From: Octopus sinensis
Taxonomy: Eukaryota
Length of the DNA: 64,000 nucleotides
NCBI RefSeq assembly: GCF_006345805.1
Contig: NC_043004.1
Span: forward strand, 85,498,001-85,562,000
Direction of reading: 5' to 3'
Positions 1 through 13,770 of this stretch are shown piece by piece. Each line of letters begins with the position of its first letter. Within the stretch, counting starts at the first letter, position 1. The notes beneath the pieces are model-generated. The model ran no database searches, was not told the DNA's origin, and saw only the letters and a list, made by a program, of their open reading frames with translations. The translations under genes were made by a program, and so were the position numbers.

Positions 1-1320
1 TCAGACTGTTACTTCCACTTGACGAATATACAAGGTATAAAATCAAAATCCAAGTATACTATAGAATATTCTAATTTACAATCTCCTTATTACTTCACAG
101 TCAACAGTTACCTGCGCCTGACACAGCAAAACAAGTGACTCTTAGTGACGACGGGTCGAGTGAGGAAGATGTAGAGAAAGAAATAAATGACTTGGACTTT
201 GAGCTTGACTGTTCTTCAAGCGAGTCACACTTGTTGAGTCAGGGAGATCTGAATGATCTTTGTGCGGGATTTAAAATTGTTGATAAAGCAAACTGAATTG
301 CTTGCGTCCAGGTTAAAAGGCTGGAATCTTCTCCAGAAAGAGGCCAAAGTTAGTTTTTATCGTGCTCAGCAGTGTGAGTTTGTCATTTTTTTCTTACTTG
401 TCAATGGTGTGGTGTTTTGCAATGATGTATATTCTGATATGGAGGAACTTAACCACAAATATAGCACAAACGTTGGCGTTTGTCTATTGACTCCTCAAAG
501 TAAGATTGAAAGCAGTTTTACTCCATAATGGAAATAAGTCTCCTTTTGTTCCTCTCGCCCAAGCAACTAACATGAAGGAAACATATGAAAGTATGAAAAT
601 TCTGTTGCAAAAAATTTAGTATGAGGAAAATAAGTGGAATATTTGTGGGTGACCTAAAGTTTGTGGCACTTCTATATGGAATGCACCTGTGTTACACCAA
701 GTTTTGTTGATTACTCTGTGAGTGGGACAGTCAGGATAAGAAAAATCATTACGAAAATAATGCGATGCCGATACGAACTCTGACACCTGGACAGAATTAT
801 TTCATTAATCCTCCTCTTTTTGATTCTGAGAAAATTTATCTGCCTCCTTTGCATATCGAGCTAGAGTTGATGAAGAATTTTGTCAAAGGTATGAATAGAA
901 CTGGCAAGGGATTCACGTATTTGAAAGCTAAATTTCCAAGAGTAAGTGACGCGAAAATCAAGGAAGGTATTTTTGTTGGGCTACAGATTAGGGAGCTGAT
1001 GATAGACCAAAAGTTTGACGAAGAGTTCAGTGATGTTGAAAAAGCTGCATGGCTCTCATTTCAGCAACTTTGCAGAGAGGTTTTTGGAATTACAGTGCAG
1101 AGAACTATTCTGGCACCATGTGAAAGAACTACGACTTCATACAAGTCCTTGGAATGCAATATGAGCCTAAAAATTGAACTCTCACTTTTCCCCTGAAAAT
1201 CTTGGGGCTGTCATTGACGAGCACGGTGAGAGGTTTCATCAGGACATTCTGAACATGGAAACCCGGTACCAAGGAAAGTGGAGCTCTTCTATGTTGGCAT
1301 TGAGACGTTCCAGAAGCTAA
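1..1320 (+). pseudogene. Frameshifted transposase (DDE-type, Chapaev-like)
   Basis: ORF pieces 253-528 and 765-1196 plus adjacent frames, with multiple stops and frameshifts; the last frame ends at TAA 1318-1320. Confidence 0.8.
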
Positions 1321-1718
1321 ATACAGTCGAAAATCATACCCCTCTACGTTTTAAAACTAAGTTTCCTTGTAACATCAGCCTGATTTTTGAATTCAGGAAA
1401 TACAATTGTTTATCAATTGAAATATGCTATCAAGAAAACCTATGACTTATAGAAATAATCTGAAAACAAAGTTGCATTCTGCAAATAAAATTCTCTTGTT
1501 TGTGGGACAGAATTTTTGATTCTGTTGACCAATTATAATTGTCAGTCTAATTTCTGCATTAATATAATACATTTATTGTATAATTAGATTTCCTCTGTCA
1601 TATAAAAACCCTGTCTGATAGAAATTTTCCAAAAACATATTCGAAATCTGCGTTAAAAGCGCTTTAAAGTTCATTTTCTTCAGTCATGAGACAGCAAACA
1701 GTTAATTGTTAAGCAGAG
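1..1718 (+). mobile_element. Decayed Chapaev/CMC-like DNA transposon, 3' portion (5' end outside the window)
   Basis: Broken reading frames give SDCYFH..NIQGIKSKSKYTIEY, HLLSQGDLNDL..RDL..LLASRLKGWNLL, PPLHIELELMKNFVKGM, KFPRVSDAKIKEGIFVG and ENLGAVIDEHGERFHQDI..METRYQGKW. I recall these motifs from Chapaev3-type transposases. A possible terminus AATTGTTAAGCAGAG lies at ~1704-1718. Confidence 0.7.
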
Positions 1719-2229
1719 GAATGAATTAGTTGTTTATTAGAAATGATATTGAATCAGCGTGTGTCTTACTATTATTATTAGCGTAATGACCCTCTCAGGA
1801 CACAAAAGGATAGTTTCAACTCACGAATTCACATTAAGAAACTTGCAAGCCAAATACAATTATTTAATGTTGGGAAACAAAAGCTAATATTTAATTAATT
1901 TCAATTAATAATTTGTGTATAATGTAATTGTAATTTAATTTTGAAGATTCTAATTATACAGGTAGTAATGAGAAAACGCATTTTTTAATTATTCTTTTTA
2001 GATTAAAACTTCAGGGGACGCAAGGTCATTATTTCAATCAATAGAAAATATTTTGTGAGAATTGTAAGAAGAAGCTAAGCGAGAACTCGACATTACTCGT
2101 GTGTTCCACATGCATTTTATCCAGTTCATGCAGATGGGTACACAGTAGACATATTTCCATTGACAATCACGTTGTTACGGATTCAAAATGTTGGGGGGTG
2201 GCGGGGGGGGGGTGGGGCGGATAATCAGT

Positions 2230-2512
2230 TATGTCGACCCAGGTATCAATTAGTATTTATTTCATCGTTCTCAAAGATAGAGTAGATTTTAGTGGAATTT
2301 GGAATTACGATATAAAGACAGACAAAACGCCGCTAAGCATATCGTCCGGTGTGTTAATGATTCTGCCAGCTCGGTTTCAATTTTGGCCTAAGACCAGCAA
2401 TTTTGTTGGAGAGAGAGCAAATCAATCACATTGACCCCAGTGCTTAACTGGTACTTATTTTATCGACCTCGAAATGATGAATGGCAAAGTCGATTTAAAC
2501 TCAGCACAAAAG
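2230..2512 (-). mobile_element. Two degraded fragments of SINE family A (GAGCTGGCAGAATCGTTAGC head)
   Basis: The reverse complement matches the better-preserved copies at 11000-11217 and 31760-31994. Confidence 0.7.
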
Positions 2513-2521
2513 GTAACGAGA

Positions 2522-2799
2522 TTTCTCCAGCTATCGTGAGAGTTCGTTTTCATAGTTTCACCCAGACCGACTCCTCTCGTTCTCATGTGTTCCTGGAACG
2601 TACGGCGCTACATCTTCCTTGGTCTTCCACTTGATCAACCCCCGCTCCGGCATGCGTTCTATTGTGATGGTGCTATATCTCACCCGACGAAGCATCTGGA
2701 CAGTAAATAGCCTCCGTCGTTTAGTCACCATTTTCTGAAAACTCTGTAAGATCTTCCTATCATCTCTTCGTTTTTCACGCTGTCCCAGTAGGAAATGCT
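2522..2799 (-). mobile_element. RTE-like LINE ORF C-terminal remnant
   Basis: Minus-strand frames read ISYWDSVKNEEM, KRRRLF and SGRPRKM*RRTFQEHMRTRG...HDSWR, resembling the RTE GRP(R/K).TWRRT...DR..WR tail. Confidence 0.6.
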
Positions 2800-2814
2800 C
2801 AAAAATGAAAGAGG

Positions 2815-3442
2815 GTAGGCATGTAGGTAGGTAGGTACGTAGGTAGGTAGGTACGTACGTACGTAGATTGGTAGGTGCGTAGGTAGGTGGGTGGGTAGAT
2901 AGGTAGGTACGTAGGTAGGTTGGTAGATAGGTAGGTAGGTAAGGAAGGAAGGAAGGGAGGGAGGTAATCAGGTAGGAAGGTAGATAGGTTGGTAGGTAGA
3001 TAAATAAATGGATAGATGGACAGATAGATTGATAAATGGATAGGTAGATGGATAGATAAGTAGATGGGTAAGTAGAGAGATAGACAGATAGATATATTTA
3101 TTTACAAGCCACACAGGGCTGCACACAGACGGGACAGATTACAAAGTAGAGCTTTTGTTTTGGGGGAGAAAAAAAAAGTGGGGCAGGTTTTCGGTCAAAA
3201 GGGGTCGCAAAAGGAAAAAAACACGATCAATAGGGATCGTGTATCACAGAAATGTCATGATGTAAAATGTAAAGGGGGAAGCAGATAAGGCTTATCCGTG
3301 GAAAGAAAAGCCTACGGAAAAGACCACGGTAACCTCAGTCAACAACGTCACTAGATAGATAGATAGGTAGATATGTAGATAGGTAGGTAGATAGATAGAT
3401 AGATAGATAGATAGAAAGATAGACAGATAGATAGATAGATAG

Positions 3443-3522
<80 letters not shown>

Positions 3523-3552
3523 CAGATAGATAGGTAGGTAACTAGGTAGGTA
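2815..3552. repeat. Compound (GTAG)n/(GGAA)n/(GATA)n microsatellite interrupted by a ~250 bp non-repetitive insert (3097-3349)
   Basis: Directly visible. Confidence 0.9.
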
Positions 3553-3679
3553 GGGAAGGAGGAAGGTGCTGGTCAGAAAGAATTATATAGTCATCTGCGC
3601 ATTTGCGCTTTTGTAGGTGTATGTATGTAACTTAGTGTGCACACGTGTATGCGAGCGTATGTTTATATGTGTATATGCA

Positions 3680-3731
<52 letters not shown>

Positions 3732-4290
3732 ATAATATATATATATATATACATTTACTTAGATGTATATGCGAGTGTACTAACTTTGAATTAGTGTCTA
3801 GCTTTGCACAGACGTGTGTACCTGCGTATACGAGTTCCCATAAATACATATCTTTATACATTCGTCTATACGTTTAAGTATGCGCGTATATCTAGTTGTA
3901 TATATATGCCCATATAGTTAGATGTGCTTGTGTGAGCGCGTATGTACATGTACGCACATATATGTGTGTGTGTATCTGGCTGGGCCTGTTTGTGTGTGTA
4001 TGTGTATATGCGTCTAAGCACGAGCAAAAAATTCTTCGTCTAATATCTTCATTTTCTTTCTCTTAACAGTTACAACATCTGATTACGTCACTTCCTCTAA
4101 ACTAGAACGTATACTTTCAACGTCAATATTTGAGTTTTTTACACATTCTCGAATTTGATAGACTTATAGGGTATGTTAGCTCACTCCAGAAATCTCTAGT
4201 GAGACTTGAGGAGACACAGAACAGGTCGAAACATTTGTTGTACCCAATAAAGTCTATTACACATTCCATCACATATTTTCTTAATACTAT

Positions 4291-4588
4291 ATTGAGACCC
4301 CCTTCGGTCATGACTGACCGTGGGCTTGCACCTAGAAAGTTACCCTCCCAGGCACAAGTCTGGGCAAGGCTGTTTATGGAAGACCAGCAGTTGTCCATGC
4401 ATACTGGAAAGGGAAAGGCAGGGGCCGATACAGCTTGGCACCTGTGACGTCGCAACTCAGTTCTACAGTTGCGAGAACTGGAGCAACGTGAAATAAAGTG
4501 TCTTGCTCAAGAACACAACACGCAGCCCGGTCCAGGATTCGAACTCACAACCGCACGATCGTAAGCTCGACGCTCTAACGCATTCACT
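4291..4588 (-). mobile_element. tRNA-derived SINE with CORE-like segment (family C/D)
   Basis: Minus strand reads ..GTTAGAGCGTC..GTGAGTTCGAATCCTGGACCGGG..TGTGTTCTTGAGCAAGACACTTTATTTCACGTTGCTCCAG; homologous to 19545-19855. Confidence 0.8.
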
Positions 4589-4608
4589 TAATTCTCTCTC
4601 TCTCTCTG

Positions 4609-4656
<48 letters not shown>

Positions 4657-6101
4657 TATATATATATTATATATATATATATACAGAGAGAGAGAGAGAG
4701 AGAGAAAGAAAGAGAGGTAATCAGATAGGTAGAAAAACAGACAGATAGACAGATGGACGTACGGATGAGCAGATGGCTAAATGGGGCGAACGCATGAGTA
4801 AAATGAGTGAGATAATTATATTTTATAATGAATTGCTGTTGTGCATTTTACTACATAACCAAGCAAATAACTGGACGTCGTAAAAGCTATATCTCTCTGG
4901 AATCAATACATCTCATATCTTTATATAAGACCAGAACACAGAAGATAATATAATCCTACATATCTGCAAAGTTCAAAGATAATAACGGCTGGAATCCCTT
5001 TAATCAGGTTTCTGCTCGAACATATTTAACCTGGGGCTAAATAAGCCAGCCTCTACAGTTTAAATACTGATGTCCAGATGAAGCTAATTATTTTTAGCAT
5101 TACGAAGTTATATGGGGCCATGGAATATTTATGGTATCCTTGTCCATATCATTAAGCGATTGGAAAGTAATTCAATGTAAATATGCGAAGCTGGTCTGAT
5201 AGATTTAGCTCAGTTCAGGAGAAATTTCCTACGTTTTGATGGTGATCTGACGATACAGCTTCCAAACGTATAAATGTAGACCTCTGTATATAATTATTCC
5301 CTTGAAAGGAGTGGTTAAGCTAATTACGACAGATACGAGAAGGCTTAATTTCTCATAAATTGGCTTCCATACTTTCACTTCTATAAGGTAGTAATTAGGC
5401 AATAAGTGTGTGTGTGTGTGTGTGTGTGCGTGTGTGTGTGTGTGAGTGTGTGTGAGTTCTTGGCATTCAGCACAGGATTTCATCGGAGTATTTCAGTGTA
5501 TAATTGCATTTCTTTGTTGTAGATATGAAAGCATCACTGCGCCTCAATTGGCCAGTTTCATCCTGAATGACATCGGAATTTGCAAAACTATTTTTACATA
5601 GCCGTTTAATAATTTGCCAGATCCTATTGATCTATTGTGCTTCCACCAATCGTTAAACCGAGAGAAAGATAAAGAAACTGTATATATTTCTCTTTGAATG
5701 ACCTATATATATATATATATATGCGTGTACGTATGAATAGTATGCATGTATGTATGTGTATCTATATATACACATATACATATATATATATACACTTTTG
5801 AATGCGTGTATATGTGTGTGCGTGTGTGTGTGTATATGTATATACATACATATATATATATATACACACACACAAATGTATGTATATATGTAAATATATA
5901 TAAGTATATGTATATATATCTATAAATGTAAATATGTATATATATATATATGTATATATATGTCTATATATAAGTATATATATATATACTTATAAATGTA
6001 AGCATATCTATATATATATGTATATGTAAGTATATATATATATGTATATAAGTATATGTACATATATATGGATATATATATATATGTATATATATATATG
6101 T

Positions 6102-6132
<31 letters not shown>

Positions 6133-6679
6133 TATATATACATATATATATATACATACGCGAAATATTGATTAATACCATCAATAAATTTCTCTCTACG
6201 TTATATACAGAGCCCAACGAACATTAAATGTTTATTAACAGTGCCAAAAGAACACACACTGAGAAACCAATGTTGGTGAGGCTAGCAGATTCAGTAGCAC
6301 ATGAAACAGAATGCTCGGAGGCATTTCTTTCAGCCCGTTACATACTTAGTTCGAATATTACCGAGGTCAATTCTGCCTTTCGGGTCACGTGCGGTTAAAT
6401 ACCGGTGAAGTATTGGGACAGATGTACAGTAATCTCTTGCCGTATACGGTTCGCCTATCTCTGTTTATTGTTCAAGCTTGCGTCGATTCATCTGTGCTGC
6501 AGTTTTGCATTTATAAAGAAAAATGAATATATACACATTATAAAAATAATTAAAAAGAGTACAGTAGTGTTTCGTGGGGTTTTGAGTGTAACACCCGCAA
6601 TATTCGAGGTATTAGTGCCATCGATTTACCTGCTACCTTCAAAAACTTTTGACCTGTATCTCCATAACATGTCTGAGGA

Positions 6680-7207
6680 AACCCAAAGATGAACCGAATC
6701 CTCCGAACGTAGACCATCATAAAGAGTTAACGGCAACCAAATTCCTTAAAAAAGATTTTAACCCAAGCTAAACTGCACCGAATAACAACCACAAAATCAG
6801 CAGTTAAAAAATGTGGAAAGACCAACTGCGGAATCTGCGTCATCTTAGTAGAAGTTTCGGAATACACATTAGAACAAGGCCATCATTTTACCATTAGAAC
6901 AAACTTCACCTGTGCATCAGAAAACTTAATTTACGTGTTAACATGCACAGGGTGCAATAGGCAATATATTGGTCATACAAAAAACAGCCTACGAAAAAGG
7001 ATGGCAGTACATAAATCCCAAATTAGGAATCCTGGATACAGGAAAATACCTGTCAGCAAATGTGCTTCAAATAAAAATCCTAAATTGATAACTTGCCCAC
7101 TTTACCAGTTTAGTAACAAAGTAACTTTCACTCAGCGACATAATAACGAACTCTATTTTATTAGAAAATTCGGACCAAGTTTAAACACCCTGGGCCAGAA
7201 ACATTAA
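6680..7207 (+). pseudogene. Penelope-like element GIY-YIG endonuclease remnant
   Basis: Frame 6731-7207 is open: RQPNSLKKILTQAK..KCGKTNCGIC..FTCASENLIYVLTCTGCNRQYIGHTKNSLRKRMAVHKSQI..ELYFIRKFGPSLN. The linker cysteines and IY..YIG motif are typical of PLEs. Confidence 0.9.
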
Positions 7208-7246
7208 AACCATATATAGGTTTTCCGAAAGAAAAAATGGAATTCT

Positions 7247-7298
7247 ACCACTACCACCACGATCACTACTACTACAACTACAACTACTACTACTACTA

Positions 7299-7363
<65 letters not shown>

Positions 7364-7450
7364 TTACTACTACAGCCAATGAACTGCTGCAACTCCAACC
7401 ACCACCACCACGGTCACTACTACTACGACCAACAGTCACTGCTAGTACTG
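7247..7450. repeat. Compound trinucleotide array (ACC/ACT/GCT)n
   Basis: Directly visible. Confidence 0.9.
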
Positions 7451-7712
7451 GTATTTCGGCCACTGGTCATTTCCCCATCTGCAGTCAAAGAATCTAGTCA
7501 ACACACAAGACAGCTATTATGCTCTCCCCAACAAAAAACCACCACGTGGATTCTGTTGAGACTAGTAAGAACAATTATGAACTTTTTTATTACACTTCAC
7601 TTTTAAAAATATTTTTGATAAGGTTCGTTTTTTCAAGAAATTTATCTTATATAGTAGTGTTTTCAAACTTGTTTTTTATAAATATATATATGTGTGTATC
7701 TGTGTGTCTGTG

Positions 7713-7744
<32 letters not shown>

Positions 7745-8371
7745 CGCGCGCGCGCGTGTGTGTGTATGTATGCATGTGTGTATGTATATAGTTGGCATCT
7801 CCTAGCGCATGTCTAATATTTGTCATACTTAAGTAAGTAGAACTACGTAACTGGACGTAATAGCTTCGTACAGTCAGCCTTATGGCGGCGGGGACTGACT
7901 GGTCATCTCAGCAGAAATAAGAACTAAATAAACTACAGCGCGGGTGTCCTTATAATCAAACATAATACCCAGCTCTCCATCTAATCATTGCATGGTCTCG
8001 AACTTTATTTCTTGTTCATCAATTGTGATGTAGTTATCTTGTAAAGGCAATCCATGACGAGAGTCAGTTGCCCATGGTCATATTTATATACAGTTTTACA
8101 TGCATTGAATCAATACAATTTTTTTTATATAATAACAATAAATATTCAGATAACATCAAACTTTACGTATCTAGACAAATGAGCAAAAGCCAACGTAACT
8201 TATATAAGTATGAGAACCAATGTATGGTATATAAATTATAAAGTAGATTACAACAGAGATGGGACATCACCTAGCAACAGTATGGATACATTATCGGGAA
8301 TCATTCTAATATATGTGTGTGTGTGTGTATGCGTGTGTATGTGTGTGGATATATACATATACATACATATA

Positions 8372-8431
<60 letters not shown>

Positions 8432-9309
8432 TATATATGGTGTGTGTGTGTGTTTGTATGTATGTTCCGAATGAGAAACTAATAAGTATTTATGCAATTA
8501 TTAAAATATTTTATTATATTTCCCTATTATTTTTTTTCTTTATTAATAATTCCTCTCCTTTTTTTTTAGCCCGAAATTGATTTTTATGCAGATATTAGAT
8601 CAGACTAGTAATTTTGTTTTCATCTCATACTTTTGGAAGGTCGATTTTTGCATAGTTTTCACCTTGACCCTGGACGTATTTTAGATTCTCGTTCATACAA
8701 TATAGTTTCATAATATAATGAGAAATTATTTTATAAAAATTTGTTTTATGTTCCCTTAATACGGTAAATATTATACTACGTTTCTAACCATGTTTTTCCT
8801 AGCCCCATTATAATTAATGTCAATAGTTGACCAAGAATTGCTTATTTTCCCCAACACACTTCCTTGAACATGAGGTAGTTATATACACTCTATGAAGGCA
8901 TGTGATCTAGTGATTAAGGTGTGATAAACTCACGGTAGTACTATAGTGTTTTCGATATCTGGACTCGGCAACACCTTGAATTCTTGAGCAAAACACTGCT
9001 TACCACTTTGTTGCTGTCCACACAGTTGAAAATGAGTAAACCTGCGATGGACTGGCATCCCCCTTAGGAGGGATTTTGTGATCTCGGTCACTTATATGTC
9101 AAGGATATCAGATAAGATGCATTATGAACCCTGGTATTCCGGTCAGTACTTAGTCACTTAATTTTATTCTCTTTGTATGAGATATTATGGAAGATATTTC
9201 AGAATTGAGGGAGTAATTTAGTGATTTTCCAATGTAGCATATGATTTTTGCTTTGGTTTACGATATTCGAGCTATAGGATTTGTAGGTCTGTTGTCTCCT
9301 AGAAACTTT

Positions 9310-9552
9310 GGCAAAAATGTTCGGTTGTAATTAATGTAAATGGCAAAAATGTACGGGGGTAATTAATGTAAATGGCAAATAATGTTCGGGGGTAATTCAT
9401 GTAAATGGTAAAACTTTACAGGGTTAATTAACGTAAATGGCAAAACTTTTCAGGGTTAATTAAAGTAAATGGCATAAATGTTCGGGGTTAATTAATGTAA
9501 ATGGCAAAAATGTTCGGGGATAATTAATGTAAATAGCAAAAATGTTCGGAGT
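9310..9552. repeat. ~32 bp minisatellite, ~7.5 copies (GGCAAAAATGTTCGGGGTTAATTAATGTAAAT)
   Basis: Units parsed by eye; two central units carry a variant AAAACTTT(A/T)CAGGG. Confidence 0.9.
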
Positions 9553-9907
9553 AAATCATTCCGGTTTTTACGTCATTGTTTCTGAATCCTCCCAGATCTT
9601 TTGGATATTTATAAGTTGCTTTCAAGTGTCGAGATATTTACTTAGTATTATTTCAGAAACGATAAGGGGCCATTCCAAGTACCTAATATATTTCACTCAC
9701 AATCGCGGGACCGTGGTTTCAATTTCTGTATCGAGTAGTATGCTGTGTTCTTGAAGAAAACAATTCATCTCACATTACTCCGCAAACAATTCAACATCTG
9801 GCGTGTGGTATACTGTGCCCCTGCTTGGGCAGTGTTGATTTGATGGTGGGGGCGAGCTAGTATGCGGGAGAGTCCTGAAAATTTTCTGGGTATTGGGTAA
9901 AATAAAA

Positions 9908-10082
9908 TACGAGAGGGTCAGTTGATTATGGTTTTATACATATTCCTCTCTCAGATCGACACATTTATTCCAGCGGTCCTTCAGTTTCTTTAATCGCCGT
10001 ATCAGAACTCAGAAGTTTGGGCCTCCATCTAGGCCTTCCGTGATATTTTTAAAGGCAGGAACCTTTCAGCACCTCCCTCATA
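9908..10082 (-). mobile_element. Mariner-derived MITE
   Basis: TA-flanked; carries the CTTTCAGCACC TIR-like end; homologous in reverse to 53295-53515. Confidence 0.7.
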
Positions 10083-10317
10083 TAACACAAACATTTGATC
10101 ACATTAAATAAACAATTTTTGCAGGTTGTTCAGAAAGAAGTTGCTGAATTGTCTTACTTAGGAATTTCAGAAATGCCACCGCATAGAATGAGTCAGTTGT
10201 GCTTTTCAAATCGTCTTATCTACATAGATAATTCTGGATCAGTCGTTTAAACGATTCTTTGAAAGATAACTTCCTTATTCTTTTAGGAATGTATTCTTTT
10301 ACACTTGTTCGTTTTAA

Positions 10318-10528
10318 GGCGGTGAGATCGCAGAATCACTAGCATGCTAGGTAAAATGCTTAGCGGTATTTCGTCTGCCTTTACGTTCAGAGTTCAGATT
10401 CCGCCGAGCTCAATTTGCTTTTCAACCTTTCAGAGTCTTTAAAATAAATCCCAGTTTAGCAATAGGGTCGATGTAATCGGCTTAGTTCCTTCCCAGAAAC
10501 TGCCGGCCTTGTGCCAAAATTCGAATCT
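10318..10528 (+). mobile_element. SINE family A, diverged
   Basis: GGCGGTGAG..GCAGAATC..GCTTAGCGGTATTTCGTCTG..GAGTTCAGATTCCGCCGAG. Confidence 0.8.
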
Positions 10529-10999
10529 AATATTTGTTCATTTTAATTCTTGTTATTGAATGCATCTGCAGATTCGACTTCCTTTTATTTTTTTCTTTTT
10601 AGAGAATTCATTACGTGTATTTCTTAAAATACACATTCAATAGTTTTTTTTATCGCAGAGCACTAACATGGCATGTAGGGTGTTGCACTCACGACCAAAG
10701 AATCGTGGCTTCCATTCCTGGACTGGGAGGTACTTCATGTTATTTAGCAAAACGCTTCATCTTGCGATTACTCTGCGATCACTTTGGTGCCTGACGCGTG
10801 ACACCATGCAACTGTTCAAGTAATGTCGATTTGATGATGGAAATGAGCTAATGTGTAGCATATACATTTGAACACGATAAAGAAATATCTTTTGCAGGCT
10901 GTTCGGCAAGAAATTTCGGAGTCCACAATAGGTAACTGCACAATAGAGTCCACTCCTATCTCAGAACAATAAATATGAAGATCAGAGACTGTCAAATAC

Positions 11000-11217
11000 C
11001 TATTTCTTTACTACCCACAAGTGGCTAAGCACAGAGAGGACAGACAAACGGATTAAGTCGATTATATCGACCCCAGTGTGTAACTGGTACTTATTTAATC
11101 GACCCCGAAAGGATGAAAGGCAAAGTCGACCTCGGCGGAATTTGAACTCAGAACGTAGCGGCAGACGAAATACCACTATGCATTTCGTCCGGCGTGCTAA
11201 CGATTCTGCCAGCGCGG
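11000..11217 (-). mobile_element. SINE family A, well preserved
   Basis: Close reverse-complement match to 31763-31992, including the GTGGGTAGTAAAGAAATA tail. Confidence 0.9.
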
Positions 11218-12423
11218 TGATTATATCCACAACTTTACTATGACAAAATCTCAGGCTTTACCCATATGCTACAAATAATTATGTTCAACTATAATTTCTG
11301 CTGTTATATTGCTCATGTTATTTCACTTCAGGCTCTGATTGTTAAAATCAACCAATAAAGACATTATAGCCACAACCATCCTCTATATTTGTATACTGTG
11401 ATCATTCTATCCTTTTAAAAATATCTACGCGTGAGTTTAGAAATAAGCGACAACTTTTTCTGGCACGTCGATTGACAAAATATCGACTACTTTGTTGGCA
11501 TATACCAGTCTCCTCCCTTTTAAAGTGCAGTATATTTTGTACATTAAATCTTCTGATCTTGCATAAATGACACTCTGTTATAATATTCACTTTTATTTCT
11601 ACGAGTGTCATCCAAACTATCTCATCTAACTCAATTGTGCGATTGTTTCTGTCCAAGTTCTCTGTTTGATTTCTGTTTGTCGCTTCTGACGTAACATTAA
11701 TGTATCTTAAATAGATGTCTTCATATAATATTATTCCGCAAAATCCCATACCCATTAATTGTGAGTGCATTCTCACAAAGGAACATCAAGTAGGTGATGA
11801 CAATTCTAAACAGAAGAAGAAACCCAAATGGTCTGTAGAGTTTGTCAATCCTATTTTTAATCATCGATTATAAGATTCTGCTGTCAGTGCTTGCAGGAAA
11901 TTTAGTTCAGATAAAGAGTCTCTCCGGAAAATTTCGTTTCTCATATGCATATTTCTGGCTTCTATTATCTATCTTCATTCAGTGAAGTATTATCGATGTT
12001 TATCAATTTTACTTATAGCGTAGTTTATAGACGCACATAATATTTAGGCGGTTTTGTTTCTGCACAATGTCGAATGCATCTCGGCAATCAATCAATGTCG
12101 TACTTGGATATTTCTTACATTTTTAATGTCTTAAATGTCTTCTCCATTTACTTATTAAATATTTTTGCGCTCATACATTGATTTACAACAGCACTGTTAT
12201 TCTTCTTGTAAAATAGCTTTACCTTAGAAATATACAAACCAACCTATGTTAGAGTGAGATGAAAAATAGACGTAACGATTTTATATGTTGCTTTTAAACT
12301 AGTCACACTTAACAAAATTTAAACATTCCTCAAAAAAAATTCAATGTTCGAAAGGTGACTTATTTTTATTTATTTATTTTTTTTTTGCTTCAAGTAAAAA
12401 AATTGATATTCTGAATATATATA

Positions 12424-12454
<31 letters not shown>

Positions 12455-12456
12455 AG

Positions 12457-13065
12457 GTGGCTAATTTCTTAGACGTTACTCTCGACTTAAACATAAATAG
12501 ATATCAGCCTTTTCATAAACCCAACCAATCTCTACAATATATGAATGTTCTCTCTATTCACCCTAGACTTACCGTTAATAGCGTAGTCTCGGGCATATCT
12601 ATTAGAGTTCCTAACTTATCTGCTAAAGAATACATTTTTAACACTCACTCCAAATAAGCGGCTTCCGCGAAAAAAATTTCAGATTCCCAATACTAAGCTT
12701 AAAGCTAAAATAGCACATCTCTTTCCCAATACTAACTCTGAATCTACGAATATTACTTCCACTCCAACACCAATGCAACAACTCATGAAAAACCCTACAC
12801 ATCGCACTCGGTCATCCCACTGGCCACCACAAGCCCTTTTCCCTCCTGATCAACCCCCTACAAATACACACTCCAAACATTCTAAGACCAGGAAGCGGAA
12901 AATCATATGGTTCGCACCACCCATCTCTCTCCAAATTAAATCTCTGCCTAAACCTTTCTTTAAAATCCAAAATATAATTTATTACCATAGCATAAATACT
13001 ATCTCATCTTTAAGAAATCATCCATGCAAATCTCCTATTCCACCACACCTAATTTAAGATCCATA
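12457..13065 (+). pseudogene. Penelope-like RT C-terminal/linker remnant (subfamily 1)
   Basis: NFLDVTLDL..YQPFHKPN..Y..SIHP, KTRKRKIIWFAPP and ISYSTTPNLRSII. Confidence 0.8.
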
Positions 13066-13079
13066 ATCGCCTTCTCTTC

Positions 13080-13770
13080 CTCAGCTTCTTCTCCTCTCAT
13101 TCATCCCACGCTAAATGGGCCATCCCTTACTCCCAGTCTCTCCCCCTCCGCTGCTTGTGCAACTGGGACCATGATTTCAAAACCAGTCCCATGTTCATGC
13201 ATCGAGGATACACCACAACCCTTGTCCCAACCTCCTTTGCCCGCGTTCGTCTAATCGATCTCACTACCACCTTCTCTCCTTTCCCACACCAATCCCAAAA
13301 CCACACCCCTTTCCCCTCTTTTTCCACCCCTCCAAATTACTCCTTCTTCGGAGGATCCTACGCACCTTCCATCGTCTCCAGCTAAATCCCATCACCCATC
13401 CCATTTTCCTCAATCCATCCTTGTCCCTTAAACGCGCCCGTAACCTACGTGATCTACTGGTCCGTAGCACCTTCTCCCCTTCCCTCTAGACCCCTAGCCC
13501 AACCTTCCCTTTTATCACCAACACCAATTCCCCCACTGGATCCAACCAACACGCTCTCCACATTAGAAACTTCTCCTGTACCTCTTCAAGCCTTAGATGT
13601 TCACCGAACATCTAAGAGATGTTCGGCTACGTACGAACACCCCCTCGCCCGTCATTTCCGCTTGGCCTCACCCTGCACCACAGATCCACACACTCGTAAC
13701 TCCACCTGGAACAGCGTTGCATTTTAAATATACAAACACAAATTCCTTTGGGACTCAACACAAACTCCCC
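13080..13770 (+). pseudogene. Penelope-like RT thumb/linker/GIY-YIG C-terminal remnant (subfamily 2)
   Basis: HAKWAIPYSQSL..DF..MFMHRGY, LKRARNLRDLLVRS, PFITNT..FSCTSS and FTEHLRD; the GIY-YIG catalytic N-terminus is missing. Confidence 0.8.

Noticed and set aside
9310-9552. CRISPR-like periodicity
   Set aside because: Head-to-tail units without unique spacers, in a eukaryotic context with no cas genes.
11402-11776. 124 aa minus-strand ORF with vague RT-like words (MGF..LYE, LDEIVW)
   Set aside because: No intact YxDD or other diagnostic motif, and adjacent frames give no support.
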